The notes under the pieces are model-generated. The model saw only the letters and a program-made list of their open reading frames with translations, was not told the origin of the DNA and searched no databases. Shown here one piece after another: positions 42,789 to 53,822 of a stretch of DNA of 64,000 nt. This DNA is from an uncultured Nitrososphaerota archaeon (GTDB lineage: Archaea > Thermoproteota > Nitrososphaeria > Conexivisphaerales > DTJL01), in assembly GCA_963842885.1 (NCBI GenBank), contig CAWJIE010000005.1, positions 128,001 to 192,000 on the forward strand. The letters are read 5' to 3'. Positions within the stretch are counted from its first letter, which is position 1. Each line of letters begins with the position of its first letter. The translations under genes were made by a program, and so were the position numbers.

Positions 42789-44064
42789 TTGAAGGCTAGG
42801 CTTTTCCTTTGCGAGGCGGGGCTGGCTCTTCTCGACGAGAAGGGCGAGCCGATGGCCGCGGCGCGGTTTCAGGACGACCTCTACAAGAAGTTCAAGTCGC
42901 TGAGCGTCGGCCTGAGCGTCGAAGAGTTCGACACCATCATCGACGCTGCCAAGTCCAAGGGGATCCAGGAGCTCGTCGTGCCGTACCCCGAGCTGGGGCC
43001 GCTGGCCGAGGAGAAGGGGCTCAAGGTCATCGTCAAGCCCGAGGACAGGGAGTCGCTGGAGAGCATCAAGGACATGATAATGGTGAAGTCCGGGCTCGCC
43101 TACAGCGCCGAGGAGGTTCTTGAGATAATCAGGGAGTTCGCCGTCAGGGAGAGCGAAGAGAAGATACGAGAGGCCGCCGCCCATCCGGACCTCCAGATCG
43201 TCCAGTCCATCAACAGCGTCGACGAGCTGGACAAGATCTCCAATCTCGAGGCCATGAGGGTGAGGGAATGGTACGGCCTCCACTTCCCGGAGCTGGACGC
43301 CTTGGTCCAGGACCCGATGGCGTATTGCAGGATCGTCGCCGACGTGGGGCTCAGGTCGAACTGCACGGCGGAGAAGCTTCAGCCGACGGGATTCAGCGAG
43401 GCGAAGATCGCCGCCATCGTCGAGGCGGCGGACAAGTCCAAGGGAGGGGAGCTGCGGCCCGAAGACCTCGACGCCCTCCTGCTGCTGGCGTCGGAAGCCG
43501 TTTCGACAGGCAAGCTCAGGGACAAGATGCTGCGGCACGTCGAAAGGAACATGGGCAAGCTCTGCCCCAACCTGACGGCCATGGCCGGGGCGGGCATCGG
43601 CGCCAGGCTCATCGCCAAGGCGGGCTCTCTCAAGCGCATCAGCGAGATGCCGGCCTCCACGGTGCAGGTCCTGGGGGCGGAGAAGGCCCTGTTCAGGGCG
43701 CTCAAGACGGGCGGAAGGCCTCCGAAGCACGGCATCATATTCCAGCACCCGGCCATCCATGCAGCTCCTCTCTGGCAGAGGGGGAAGATTGCCCGGCTGC
43801 TGGGCGCGAAGCTCGCGCTCGCCGCCCGGATTGACTACTATTCCGGGAAGCTGAACCAGCAGCTCGTGGACAAGATGAACGCGAAGCTGGAGGAGATCAA
43901 GAAGAAGTACCCTGAGCCCAAGCCCGGGCAGCTTAGGAAGGAACCGGAGCAGCGGGGCGGCCGGAGGGAGGACAGGGGCTACAGGGGAAAGAGGGAGTAT
44001 CGCGGTCGCGGCGGGTTCGGCGGCAGAGGAAAGGATGACTTTAGAGCCGGACGCCAGACGCTGA
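42789..44064 (+). CDS. nop5: box C/D RNP scaffold Nop5 (Nop56/58)
   Basis: REWYGLHFPEL, VQVLGAEKALF, PKHG; removing one C near 44054 gives stop TGA 44062-64. Confidence 0.95.
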
Positions 44065-44719
44065 AGGGCTCTTCTGGGCTCAACTCAGAGAGAAGCGCTG
44101 GCCTGCCACGCTGAACCTGGCCCCTGGTAAGTCTGTCTACGGAGAGCTGATGCTGAAGGATGAGGGGAGGGAGTTCCGGGTCTGGGACCCTTTCAGGAGC
44201 AAGCTCTCCGCCGCCCTGTTGAAAGGGCTCAAGGTCATGCCCATCCGCACGGGCTCAAGGGTCCTTTACCTCGGAGCTTCGACGGGGACTACAGTCAGCC
44301 ATGTCTCCGATATCGTCGGAGAGGGCGGCACCGTCTTCGCCGTGGAGCTGGCCCACCGGGTCGCCAGGGAGCTCCTGGAGAACGTCGTGAAGCACCGGAA
44401 GAACGTTGTCCCCATAATCGAGGATGCCCGCAACGTCGATGCCTACAAGGTCGTGTTCGGCCAGGTGGACGTCGTCTACTGCGACATAGCCCAGCCGGAC
44501 CAGACCCCCATAGCGCTGACGAACTGCCGCAGGTACCTGAAGAAGGGCTACCTCCTCCTGGTGGTCAAGGCCAGGAGCATAGATTCGACGCGCGACCCCT
44601 CCGAGATAGTCCAGGAGGAGGCGCAGAAGGTGAGGGGAGGGGGCTTGGAAGTCCTTCAGACCATGGCGTTGGATCCGTTCGACAAAGACCACGGGATGGT
44701 TCTGGCTATCAGGCGCTGA
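44035..44719 (+). CDS. flpA: fibrillarin-like rRNA/tRNA 2'-O-methyltransferase
   Basis: SVYGE, WDPFRSKL, LYLGASTGTTVSH, DIAQPDQ; the same 1-nt correction restores ATG 44035. Confidence 0.95.
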
Positions 44720-45747
44720 TGTCGGCCTTTCGGTCGGAGGAGGAACCCCTCCTCTTGGGGGCGTCCTCCGAGGGGTCGTCGACGCCCTTTTCGTTGATTA
44801 TGAAGACCACTTCCCTTTCGGGGTGGTACGGGGAGTCCACCATGCGGGCGATCCTGCTCTTTGAGGCCTTGCGCAGGTAGATCCTGTAGGTGCTCGTGTG
44901 CGCCACGACGTGGCCGCCGACGGCCCTCGTGGGGTCGCCAAAGAAAAAGTCGGGCGCCGCCTGGACCTGGTTGGTGACCACGACGGCGATGCCGTAGATC
45001 TCCGCCAAGCGAAGGATCGTGTGCATGAACTTGTTGAGCTTCTGCTGCCTCTCGGCCAGGGTGCCCCTCCCCAGGTATTCGGCCCTGAAGTGGGCCACAG
45101 CCGAGTCGATGACCACCAGCTTGATTTTGGACTTTTCGATCAGTGAGCCCAGCTCCCTGACGATCAGCTCCTGGTGGGCGCTGTTGTACGCCTTCGCGAC
45201 GATTATCCTGTCAAGGACCGCCGCGGAATCGAAGCCTCGCGCCTCGGCGATCTCCGCGATGCGCTCAGGCCTGAATGTGCCTTCAGTGTCGACGTAGATG
45301 GCTCCCCCTTCGAGGCCCCCGGCTCTCATGCGTCTGCTGCACCATTACGGACAGCGTATGGCATATCTGTGACTTCCCGGAGCCGAACTCTCCGTAGAAC
45401 TCAGTCACGGCGCCGGTCTCTATGCCTCCAGCGAGAAGGTCGTCAAGGTTCTTCGAGCCGCAGCTGATGCGCTCTATGTTCTTCCTTCGCGTATAGAGCT
45501 CCTTGGCCGAGACGAAGTCCTTTTCGAGGAGGTTCAGCTCGATGAGCTTCGCCCTCGACTTGTTGATGAGCTCGGCGGCCTTCGCGGTGTCCCCGTTCAG
45601 GCAGTCGGCGACGTCGCCAACGCCTCGGGCCGCAAGGTCCATCAGGCTATAGATCCCCGCCTCGTGAAGCTTCTGCTTTGTGACGGGACCCACGCCCTCG
45701 AGGGTGTCCAGCTCGAGGTCCGCTTCGACAGCCATAGCTAATTCCAA
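44709..45747 (-). CDS. radA: DNA recombinase RadA, frameshift near 45330
   Basis: HhH N-term, [31 protein letters not shown] in two frames. Confidence 0.95.
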
Positions 45748-45786
45748 GCGTCATAGCGGCGTGGCGTTATTAAGGGTATAGCCGCC

Positions 45787-47106
45787 TCATGGAAAGAGGC
45801 GGTTCATCGTCCGGGGGAATATGGAGGTGGTCCTGATGTGTTTCAGACCCAGCATCCATCTCATCACCCTCTCCACGCCCATGCCGAACCCGGAGTGAGG
45901 CGGCAGCCCGTACTTCCTGAGCTCCAGGTACCATGTCATGGAGGCGGGATCGATGCCGAAGTCCTGAACCTTCTTGTAGAGCACGTCGTACTGGTAGATC
46001 CTCTGGCCTCCGGTGGCGATCTCTCCGTAGCCTCCCGGGGCAAGCAAGTCGGCGCTCATGGTGGCTTCGGGCTTGTCGGGATCGCTGACGTGGTAGAAGC
46101 TCCTCGCCTTGACCGGATAGCCGGTCACGAAGACGGGGGCGTCGAACTCCATGGAGACCACCCTTTCAGCTTCCGTCCCAAGGTCGTCCCCCCACTCTAC
46201 GTGGATCCCCTTCCTGTCGGCGATCATGAGGGCCTCGTCATAGGTTATCTTGGGAAACGGCGGCTCCGGGACCTTGACGGCCTTGCCGAGGGTCTCGAGC
46301 TCGGCCTTGCATCCCTCCTTAATCCCGCTCGCTATGGATCGGACCAACTCCTCTTCGACCTTCATCAGGTCGCTGAGCCCGGCGAAGGCCAGCTCCGCTT
46401 CGATCATCCAGAACTCCGTAAGGTGGCGGCTGGTCTTCGACTTCTCCGCCCTGAACGCCGGCTGCAGGATGAAGACCCTGTCGAATGAGCAGATGGCCGC
46501 CTCCTCGTAGAGCTGAGCGCTCTGGCTCAGGTAGGCTGTCTGGTCGAAGTACTTGACGGGGAAGAGGGTCGAGCCCCCCTCGACGGCCGCCTTGACGAGG
46601 ATGGGCGGCTGGATGAGCGTGTAACCTCGCTGGAAGAAGTACTGGGTGGTGACGTCCACGACTTTGGACCTGATCTTGAGGACCGCCGACGTCTTCGGGC
46701 CTCTGATGGCAAGGTGGCGAAGGTCGTAGAGGGCCGTGGGGGACCTGATTGCGCTCCTGGTTATCGGCCACTGCTCGCTGGGGCTGATAATCTTGAAATC
46801 GTGAATGGAGACCTCCTTCCCTCCGGGAGCGCGCGGGTCGTCCCTTATCACTCCCTTCGCATAGACCGCCGACTCCATGGCGGCGCTTCGGGCCGCCTCC
46901 CAGGCCGCATCAGGCGCAGTGCCCTTCTTGGCCGCGAGCTGGATGTAGCCCGATCCATCTCTGAGCCTCAGGAACACCAGGCCTCCTATGACGTTGCTTA
47001 CGCTCACCCAACCAAGGAGCTCCACCGTGGTGCCAGCGGGCGCCTTCAAGGCTTCGGATGCCGTGTGGCTGCGGACGGGCAAGGTCTCTTTCGTCTCTCC
47101 CACCAA
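45787..47106 (-). CDS. asnS: asparagine--tRNA ligase
   Basis: OB fold LRDGSG, YLSQSAQLY, FRAEKS..RHLTEFW, GYGEI, PHSGFGMGVER. Confidence 0.85.
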   Translation of the reverse strand: MVGETKETLPVRSHTASEALKAPAGTTVELLGWVSVSNVIGGLVFLRLRDGSGYIQLAAKKGTAPDAAWEAARSAAMESAVYAKGVIRDDPRAPGGKEVSIHDFKIISPSEQWPITRSAIRSPTALYDLRHLAIRGPKTSAVLKIRSKVVDVTTQYFFQRGYTLIQPPILVKAAVEGGSTLFPVKYFDQTAYLSQSAQLYEEAAICSFDRVFILQPAFRAEKSKTSRHLTEFWMIEAELAFAGLSDLMKVEEELVRSIASGIKEGCKAELETLGKAVKVPEPPFPKITYDEALMIADRKGIHVEWGDDLGTEAERVVSMEFDAPVFVTGYPVKARSFYHVSDPDKPEATMSADLLAPGGYGEIATGGQRIYQYDVLYKKVQDFGIDPASMTWYLELRKYGLPPHSGFGMGVERVMRWMLGLKHIRTTSIFPRTMNRLFP

Positions 47107-47193
47107 ACCAGAACATAACTTAATCTACGGGGTGGTTTTAAAGCTTGCAGATTTCCGAGTTGCCGCCTCTGGACTTCAAGAGACTTCACAACC

Positions 47194-48403
47194 TTGGCGG
47201 TGCCCACCAGGACAGGGGACAAGACGAGGGACGAGGCGGCGGTCAGGCTGTTGTCGGCTCAGTGCGCTGACAGGCTGAAGGTCTTGGGCATACGGTGGGC
47301 AGGCCAAGATCGTCGGAAGGTCCATCGAAGTGAGGGGAGGAGATCCCGTCAGGGCCGCGGATGTGCTTTCGAGGTTCACCGGCGTGGAGAGCGCCAGCGT
47401 CGTGCGGCTGGCCGCTCCGAGCCTTGCGGAGGCTTCGAAGGCCTTGACGGAGGCCGGGGAAAGGCTCGTGTACCCGGGCGAAAGGTACCGTCTGTCCGTC
47501 GATGTGGAGCCGGGGCTCGGGCTCAGCGCCACTGACGTCGAATACGCCTCCCTCGCCAAGCTCATCGACATCCTGGCGGCGAGAGGAAGCAAGCTCTCCG
47601 ACCGGCGGCCCGACAGGACCATCAGGGCGCACATCACGCGGTCCGCCACCTACGTCAGCTACCTTCACTACCCGGGGATGGGAGGCCTGCCTGCCGGCGT
47701 GAACGGGAAGGCCATCGTCTTGCATTCGGGAGGGGTGGCGAGCTACTTCGCCGCCATCGACACGATGAAGGCGGGGATGGAGATGACCCTGCTCTACGTC
47801 TATACCAGCGAGACGCCACCGGCCAACATGAGGAGGGCGGTCGCGACGGCCACATTGCTCAGGGAGCATCACCCTTCCAAGGAGATGGAGCTGGTGGCCG
47901 TGAGCTTCGACGCCGTCCAGGCTCAGGTCAAGGAGAGCATGGCGAAGGACCTCCACGGCCTGGCGCTGCATAGGGCGATGGCGTCGGCAGCTTCGCTCCT
48001 GGCGCAGGAGCGGGGTGCGACCTGGATATCTTCCGGCCTGACGCCCGATGCAGGAATCGAGAACATGTCAGCCTATTCTGCCGAGGTCGCCGCCAAAGGC
48101 GTCACCGCGATGTTCCCTGAGGCTTCGAGGACGAGCGGCGAACTCTGGAGCATGGTGGAGGACGAAAGGCTGAAGGCAAAGATGCCCAGGCTGGCCTGGA
48201 AGCTGATTCCCGCTTCGCAACCTTCGGCCGACGGTTCCAGAGAAACCGCGTTGGCACAGGCCTGGGCGACGGGGAGGCTGTCGGAAGCGGTGAAGAAGTC
48301 CGTTTCAGGTGCCTTTCGGGTCGGGCTGGGGCGGGGGTTCATCGACTACTTTGCCTGCATGGACAGCTTCGCTTCGAATCTGAAGTCTAGAGGAGCTCCC
48401 TGA
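47194..48403 (+). CDS. ThiI-like THUMP/PP-loop protein with degenerate active site; frameshift near 47300
   Basis: THUMP-like region then YPGMGGLPAGVNGKAIVLHSGGVAS. Confidence 0.7.
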
Positions 48404-49549
48404 CGACGGCCAGCGTGTTCGACAGGCCATCGTTCCCCTCCGCCACATGGCGCAGATGCTCCGCCCGCCTCCTGTAGGAGTCGTCCGCCAGAACCTCCGA
48501 CACCGAGGAGGCCATGATGCGAGGGGTGACCGTCAGGGGGTTGAGCGCCTTGGCGAATCCAAGCTTCGCCGCCTTCGTTGCGTTTCCCCATTGCTCGCCA
48601 TGGTAGGGGATGGGTAGGAAAAGGCCAGGGCACCCCCTCATCATTACCTCAGCGAGGGTGGTGTGGCCACCCCGTGCGACCACAAGGTCGGCGGAGGCGA
48701 TGAGCTCGTCCTTCATGGGGCACCACTCGAACAGCGTGAAGCCATCGAGGCTCTGGGGCCTGGGGTCCCCGATGGGGTCGCCGAAGGAGACGACGAGGCT
48801 GATTCCGTCGCCGAGCAGGGGCGCCATCTTCCGAATCAGGAGGAGCATCCCCGAGCGGCTGCTCCTGGGCCCGCTAATCTGCGCGAAGACCAGCTTCCTC
48901 CCGGGGGCGAATCTGGTGCGTGTAGCGGAGCGGACCTCGTCGGAGACCTCCTTCGCGCGCATGAGGAATCCTACGTACCTCAGCTTCCCTGCCGCCACTT
49001 TGACGCCCCAGAGCTGCTGCTCGGAAAGGGTGTAGGGCGGAGGGAGATCGGGGCTAGGATGGCCCGGCTCCTGTCCCAGCCCAAGGCCAAGAGCTCTGCC
49101 GAGACCCTCTCGATGGGGGACCTCAGGCCGCCCGCCACTGGTGGGAGTGAGATCCGCAACTGGTTTATGATGAGAAGGCTGGGGATGCCGCAGAGCCACG
49201 CCGCCACGACGGACGAAAGCCTAGAATCCGACAAGACAAGCTTCGGCCTCATGCGAAGCATGATGTCGCGCTCTTGGACCGACTGGCGGGCGAAGTTCAC
49301 GTACGCATAGGGGAACCTCCGGAGGGTCTTCTTGAAGGCCATCCTCCCCGCTTCACCCCATTCGACGTCGACGGGCGGGACCTCGGTGCATAGATGGCCC
49401 GACTCGAGGAGGAACTCCAAACCCTCCCCCCAACAGGTGAAATAGCTGTGGACGTCAGGCTTCAGGGCTTCGGCGAGCAAGGAGGTCCTGGAAGCGTGGC
49501 CCAGTCCCGAGCCGTAGACCCCAAAGTGGACCCGTTCAGACCGGCTCAA
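48387..49549 (-). CDS. GT-B glycosyltransferase (GT28/MurG-like), frameshift near 49040
   Basis: GSGLGHASR; ADLVVARGGHTT, HGEQWGNA. Confidence 0.87.
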
Positions 49550-50156
49550 GAGACATCTTCCTCACCGTGCCGGCGGGGGCGGTCTCTTCGAACACTATCG
49601 CTTGAAAGGTGGAAAGCTGGATCTGGCCTGACAGCCACAGATCAGGTGTGGCCCCAGCCTTCATGCAGGCGTACGAAAGGTAGGTGTCGATGTCCCACTT
49701 CTCCTCCACAGGGACCTGCGGCAGCAGCAGTCCCGACCCGCCCCTCCATCGGACGATCACCCCGTCGCGGCCGATGACGACTCTGTCCCGGTATTCCCTT
49801 GGGGACCTCACCTCCATTATCACAGGCTCCGTAAGGACGCTGACCTCGAAGGTCAGTGAGGGAAGCTCGTCGGCCGTCACCGGGTCGAACCTGGGGTCCC
49901 CCACCGCGGCGTCGACGGCGGAGTCCTTCACAGCGTCGATGAGAGGCTCGCTGGGATAGGGCCTTCCGATGCAGCCGCGAAGATCGGAGTCCGGACAGGT
50001 GCGGATGGTCACAAAGGCCCCCCTTTTCTCTCTGAAACGTTTGGGCATCTCCGAGGAAGGAGCCCGTCCGGCCACCTTCAGAAGGGACTCGACAGTGTGT
50101 CTGGCCGTCGTGACCAGAAAGACGCCCTCATCGAGGGTGTAGTCCTCATGCGTCAT
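49536..50156 (-). CDS. AMMECR1-domain protein
   Basis: GAFVT, LRGCIG, DPRF, GLLLPQV. Confidence 0.95.
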   Translation of the reverse strand: MTHEDYTLDEGVFLVTTARHTVESLLKVAGRAPSSEMPKRFREKRGAFVTIRTCPDSDLRGCIGRPYPSEPLIDAVKDSAVDAAVGDPRFDPVTADELPSLTFEVSVLTEPVIMEVRSPREYRDRVVIGRDGVIVRWRGGSGLLLPQVPVEEKWDIDTYLSYACMKAGATPDLWLSGQIQLSTFQAIVFEETAPAGTVRKMSLEPV

Positions 50157-50640
50157 CCTTTCAAAGCCTCCTTGACCTCTTCATCGAACCGGGCCAGGCG
50201 GAACCAGTGTCCGCCCTCCCAGTACAAGTGTTGACAAGACGCGCATTGATAAAACCTCTCCTGGCGCGCAAGGACCAGGGGCGGGACTAGGGAAGTGACC
50301 TCCCCTTTCTCGACCTCACGAACCTCTCCGTTGCACAGGGGGCACCTGGCGGAGGTGGGGTCCAGAGAGGGCTCAAGCCCCATCTCCTTGAAGATCAGCG
50401 CCGCCATGGCGGCCTCGCCTTTCACCGAAACGTGCACGCAGGGGACGCCCCTTCGGATGGCCAGGAGATGAAGCTCTTTGTCAGCGGTCAGTAGCACGCG
50501 GCCTCGTTCCTCGCTTATCCGCAGGAGCGCGTCGTCAGCCATGTCCGGATAGTAAAGAACGTCCAGGCCGTAAAGCCTCAGCTTCCTGGTGAGCGAACCA
50601 AGCATGCCGTCGGCGACGAACCTAGGCAGGCATGGTCCAT
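50153..50640 (-). CDS. Mut7-C RNase (PIN) domain protein; start uncertain
   Basis: RFVADGMLGSL, LLTAD, RCPLCN, C..C..LYWEGGH. Confidence 0.9.
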
Positions 50641-50662
50641 GCTCCGGCAGGAAGGCAGCCCC

Positions 50663-51235
50663 CTACGGCTTCTCTGGCGTCTCTGTGCGACACTCTTCGC
50701 AGATGTACTTGCCGTCCATCTCCGCAAGATAGTCGGACCACTGGTTGCAGAGGTCGCAGTAGCCGGAGACGAACCCGGGCGTCCGGCGGCTTTCGCCCGT
50801 CAGGATCCTTGCCTTCTCCGAGACTATGTCGACCAGCTCCGGCGTCACGCTGAGGACATCCGACATGGAGATGATGCCCACCACCTTGTTCCTGTGGAGG
50901 ACACCCAGCCTCTTGATGCCGAGCTTCCGCATCATCCTGGCGGCCTCGGTCACCTCCTTGGCGGCATCGATAGTATAGAGCGGCGTCGACATGACGTCCT
51001 TGGCCTTGGTGCCGCTGGGCTGGAGGTCCCTGGAGACGACCTTCTTGACCATGTCACCGTCCGTGACCACGCCTTCGACCTTGTCGCCTTCGATGATCAC
51101 CACGCTGCCGACTTTGAACTCGACCATCTTCTTGGCTAAATCGGAAATCGTGTCCTCCATGGAACCCGACACGAGGGGGGAGTTCATCACGTCGCGTACG
51201 AAGATCCTGAACGGGATGTGTCTCTCCAGAGCCAT
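50663..51235 (-). CDS. CBS-pair protein with C-terminal Cys4 zinc ribbon
   Basis: Two CBS repeats; GYCDLC...ICEEC. Confidence 0.9.
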   Translation of the reverse strand: MALERHIPFRIFVRDVMNSPLVSGSMEDTISDLAKKMVEFKVGSVVIIEGDKVEGVVTDGDMVKKVVSRDLQPSGTKAKDVMSTPLYTIDAAKEVTEAARMMRKLGIKRLGVLHRNKVVGIISMSDVLSVTPELVDIVSEKARILTGESRRTPGFVSGYCDLCNQWSDYLAEMDGKYICEECRTETPEKP

Positions 51236-51295
51236 TACCTTACAAATGGATACACTAGTACGTCTCTTTTTAACGGTTTTCCCCGATTGGGGGAC

Positions 51296-53230
51296 CTAGG
51301 GCCCGCCGTGGTCAGTTCCGGCCTCCCTCCCCTTCAGGATACGGAGCTGGCGCAGCTTGCCAGTGGGGAGGGCCCGGATGAACTCGTCTATGTGAAGGCT
51401 GTCCACGAAGACCTTGGGCGGCCCCTCCAGGTGAGCGGAGAACTCCCTCTTCATCTTCTTGCCGGCTTCGGGCGTCGGGAAGTGCCCTGGCACGAGTTCG
51501 ATGACAAGGATGCATCTCTGCACCAGGGCGCTCGCGGGCCCGCTGAAGAGCATGAGCTCTCCTTCGAGTGTGCCGACGCCGAGCGAGACCCTCAGCTCTA
51601 TCCCCTTGAGATAGTTTCTCTCCCCTTCGATCACGAAGCTTCCCTTCGGTAGGTACTGGCCGGAAGGAGCGCCCCTTAGCACCTGCTCGGGTTTGACGTA
51701 ATAGGCGTCGGCGGCAGTCAGGCCCTCCCTCCACGCCCGGCTGTAGGAAACGGTGGCCTCAGCGACCTCCCTGATGCTCTGCTCGCCCGCCCCCTGGCCC
51801 CCCTTCAGGATGAAGAAGGACGAACCGGTGATCTCGGTATGGAAGACGAGGTCCGTCGGCTCCATGTGCTTGCGCACGAGTATGCTGTTGCTCCCCGCGT
51901 CACGGCCTCCGATGGCGAAGTACCCCTCTGACGTGTAGAACCATCTGAACTTCTCGAACCACCTCCTCTCCTTCCTCTGCCTTACCACAACCTTCGCCTC
52001 TCTCTTCTTGTCGATGGAGGACGCGAGCTCCACTCTCCTTTTCTCGAGCCTTACCAGCGCCTCCTCCAGCTTGCCCGAAGAAGCCTCCACCTCCTTGGCG
52101 TCGGAGAAGATCTGGGACGCCAATGCAAAGGGCGAATCCACCCGGATGCGCCTTCCATCGAAGGACCAGCTCCCGGAGGCCCTTTCGAATCGGTAGGCGG
52201 AGGAGACTGCCTTGAGTTCGGCGGCCGCTGTCTCGTAGTCCTTCGACCCCGCCATGAGAGCGGAGGCGACGGCTTTGAGGCCTGACGCCCTAAGGCGCAG
52301 GGCTTCGAGCTCCTTCCTCTTGGAGCCGATGCTGGCTTCGAGCATCTTCAGGTCGTCGAACTCGGTCTTGACGCTTTCTGACGCGAGCCCCTGGACTACC
52401 CTGGGCGTGAAGAGATCGTCCATCGCGGCCAAGATGTTGGGGTATGGCTTCTCGATGACGGCGTCGCCAAGTTGGATCCTGACTGATGATATCTCGACGG
52501 GCTTGCCATCCGAGAGGTAGACGTATGCCTCGGAGCTTTTCGAGGCCTCCGCGACTATGGTGTCGAACGATTCAAGGAGGAGATCCACCTCTGAGTCTGT
52601 AAGAGACGTACCGGCCCTGCCCTTGGCAAGGCCCGAGCGCCTCAGGGCCTCCTCGACGATCCTCCGCGGTATGGCTATCCCACGGCCGAGAAGTCGCTCT
52701 ACGGGGTCATCGGAGCTCAGGACCCGCTTCAGCTCTTCGCGGCCGATCCTGCTCAGAGGGAGCGACCGAGAGATGGGCGGCTCATACTTGATCCCGGGCC
52801 TCACAGTCCGCCCCTTCACCTCCAGGGTGTAGAGGCAGGCGATCACGATGGAGGAGGCATCGAGGAGGACGATGTTTCCTGCCCCGAAGAACTCCCCCAC
52901 GAGGGAGAGCCCACCGTCGGGGTGCGAGAACTCCAACACCAACATCCTCTCCCCCTCGGGAGCCCTGGCGGCCGTGAACTTTGCCCTTGTCAGCTTCGCC
53001 CTGAGTTCTGACACGAACCTGTCCGCTGGGGCCCTTGGCAGCTCTGCCGAAGTGATCCAGGCGCCCATGCGGGGTGACACCAGGAGCGAGACCTCGGGGT
53101 GGTCGCTCATGTGGAGCTTCAGGATGACCGTCGACGAACCTGTGAGGTAAATGTTATTAACGTAATAGCCACCTAGGGTCGAATCGAGCTTGCCAGCCAA
53201 AGACCCAAACTCCAAGCCTGACAAATCCAA
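51296..53230 (-). CDS. ribosome quality-control protein Rqc2/RqcH (NEMF, NFACT family)
   Basis: EFFGAGNIVL, WFEKFRWF, GGRDA, PSGQYLPKGSF; TTG start 53230. Confidence 0.93.
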   Translation of the reverse strand: MDLSGLEFGSLAGKLDSTLGGYYVNNIYLTGSSTVILKLHMSDHPEVSLLVSPRMGAWITSAELPRAPADRFVSELRAKLTRAKFTAARAPEGERMLVLEFSHPDGGLSLVGEFFGAGNIVLLDASSIVIACLYTLEVKGRTVRPGIKYEPPISRSLPLSRIGREELKRVLSSDDPVERLLGRGIAIPRRIVEEALRRSGLAKGRAGTSLTDSEVDLLLESFDTIVAEASKSSEAYVYLSDGKPVEISSVRIQLGDAVIEKPYPNILAAMDDLFTPRVVQGLASESVKTEFDDLKMLEASIGSKRKELEALRLRASGLKAVASALMAGSKDYETAAAELKAVSSAYRFERASGSWSFDGRRIRVDSPFALASQIFSDAKEVEASSGKLEEALVRLEKRRVELASSIDKKREAKVVVRQRKERRWFEKFRWFYTSEGYFAIGGRDAGSNSILVRKHMEPTDLVFHTEITGSSFFILKGGQGAGEQSIREVAEATVSYSRAWREGLTAADAYYVKPEQVLRGAPSGQYLPKGSFVIEGERNYLKGIELRVSLGVGTLEGELMLFSGPASALVQRCILVIELVPGHFPTPEAGKKMKREFSAHLEGPPKVFVDSLHIDEFIRALPTGKLRQLRILKGREAGTDHGGP

Positions 53231-53537
53231 GAAGACCTCGCCCCCGCAAAAGCCAGTAGGCATGGTTCCTCTAGATAAAGTGTACTGGGCACGGTGTGCC
53301 ATGGCGGTAGTGGCCGGGCTGGTCGCAGGGGCCACGCTCAAGAACCTACCCCAGCCCACAGGAGGGCTGAGCGTCCTAATCGTCTTCTACTTTTTCAGCG
53401 TCCTCGTGGCCCGGGCTCTCGTCGGCGAAACCGTAGGCACTGAGAGACAGCTGTACACCCAGGGCGTGGGAACCTTCCTCCTTCTGTGGTTCATGGTCTT
53501 CTCCCTCTACACCACCTTCATCCTTTACCCCGCCTAG
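53190..53537 (+). CDS. EMC6-like three-helix membrane protein
   Basis: VYWAR..MAVVAGLVAG; LYTQGVGTFLLLWFMVFSLY. Confidence 0.7.
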   Translation: MPAKDPNSKPDKSKKTSPPQKPVGMVPLDKVYWARCAMAVVAGLVAGATLKNLPQPTGGLSVLIVFYFFSVLVARALVGETVGTERQLYTQGVGTFLLLWFMVFSLYTTFILYPA

Positions 53538-53822
53538 GCCTCTGACGTAGAGCAGCCAGGTCTTGATGTAGGCGAAATCTATGACATCCAGGAGGACGCC
53601 GTCTTGAATCCTCACCAGCTGTTCTGTGGACGGCATCGGCTTGCCGGCATCGGAGCCCTGCTCGAGTGCGGAGATGCCCTTCAGGGCCATGGAGACCCCC
53701 TGCTTCTCGCCGGCTGAGAGGGGAGACTCGGCCACTTTGGCGAGGGCAGATTCCCAGTCTGCCTTCCCCGCTGTCAACAGTTCCTTCAGCCAACCGTCAT
53801 CAAGGGTCAGATCAGACGTCAA
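53534..53822 (-). CDS. hypothetical protein, 3' end uncertain
   Basis: Start overlaps end of the RadA paralogue; the track's extension to 53376 lies antisense to the EMC6-like gene and may be read-through from an indel. Confidence 0.5.

Noticed and set aside
45283-45340. Split radA as programmed frameshift, intein or intron
   Set aside because: A single extra base restores the frame; no intervening sequence or slippery site
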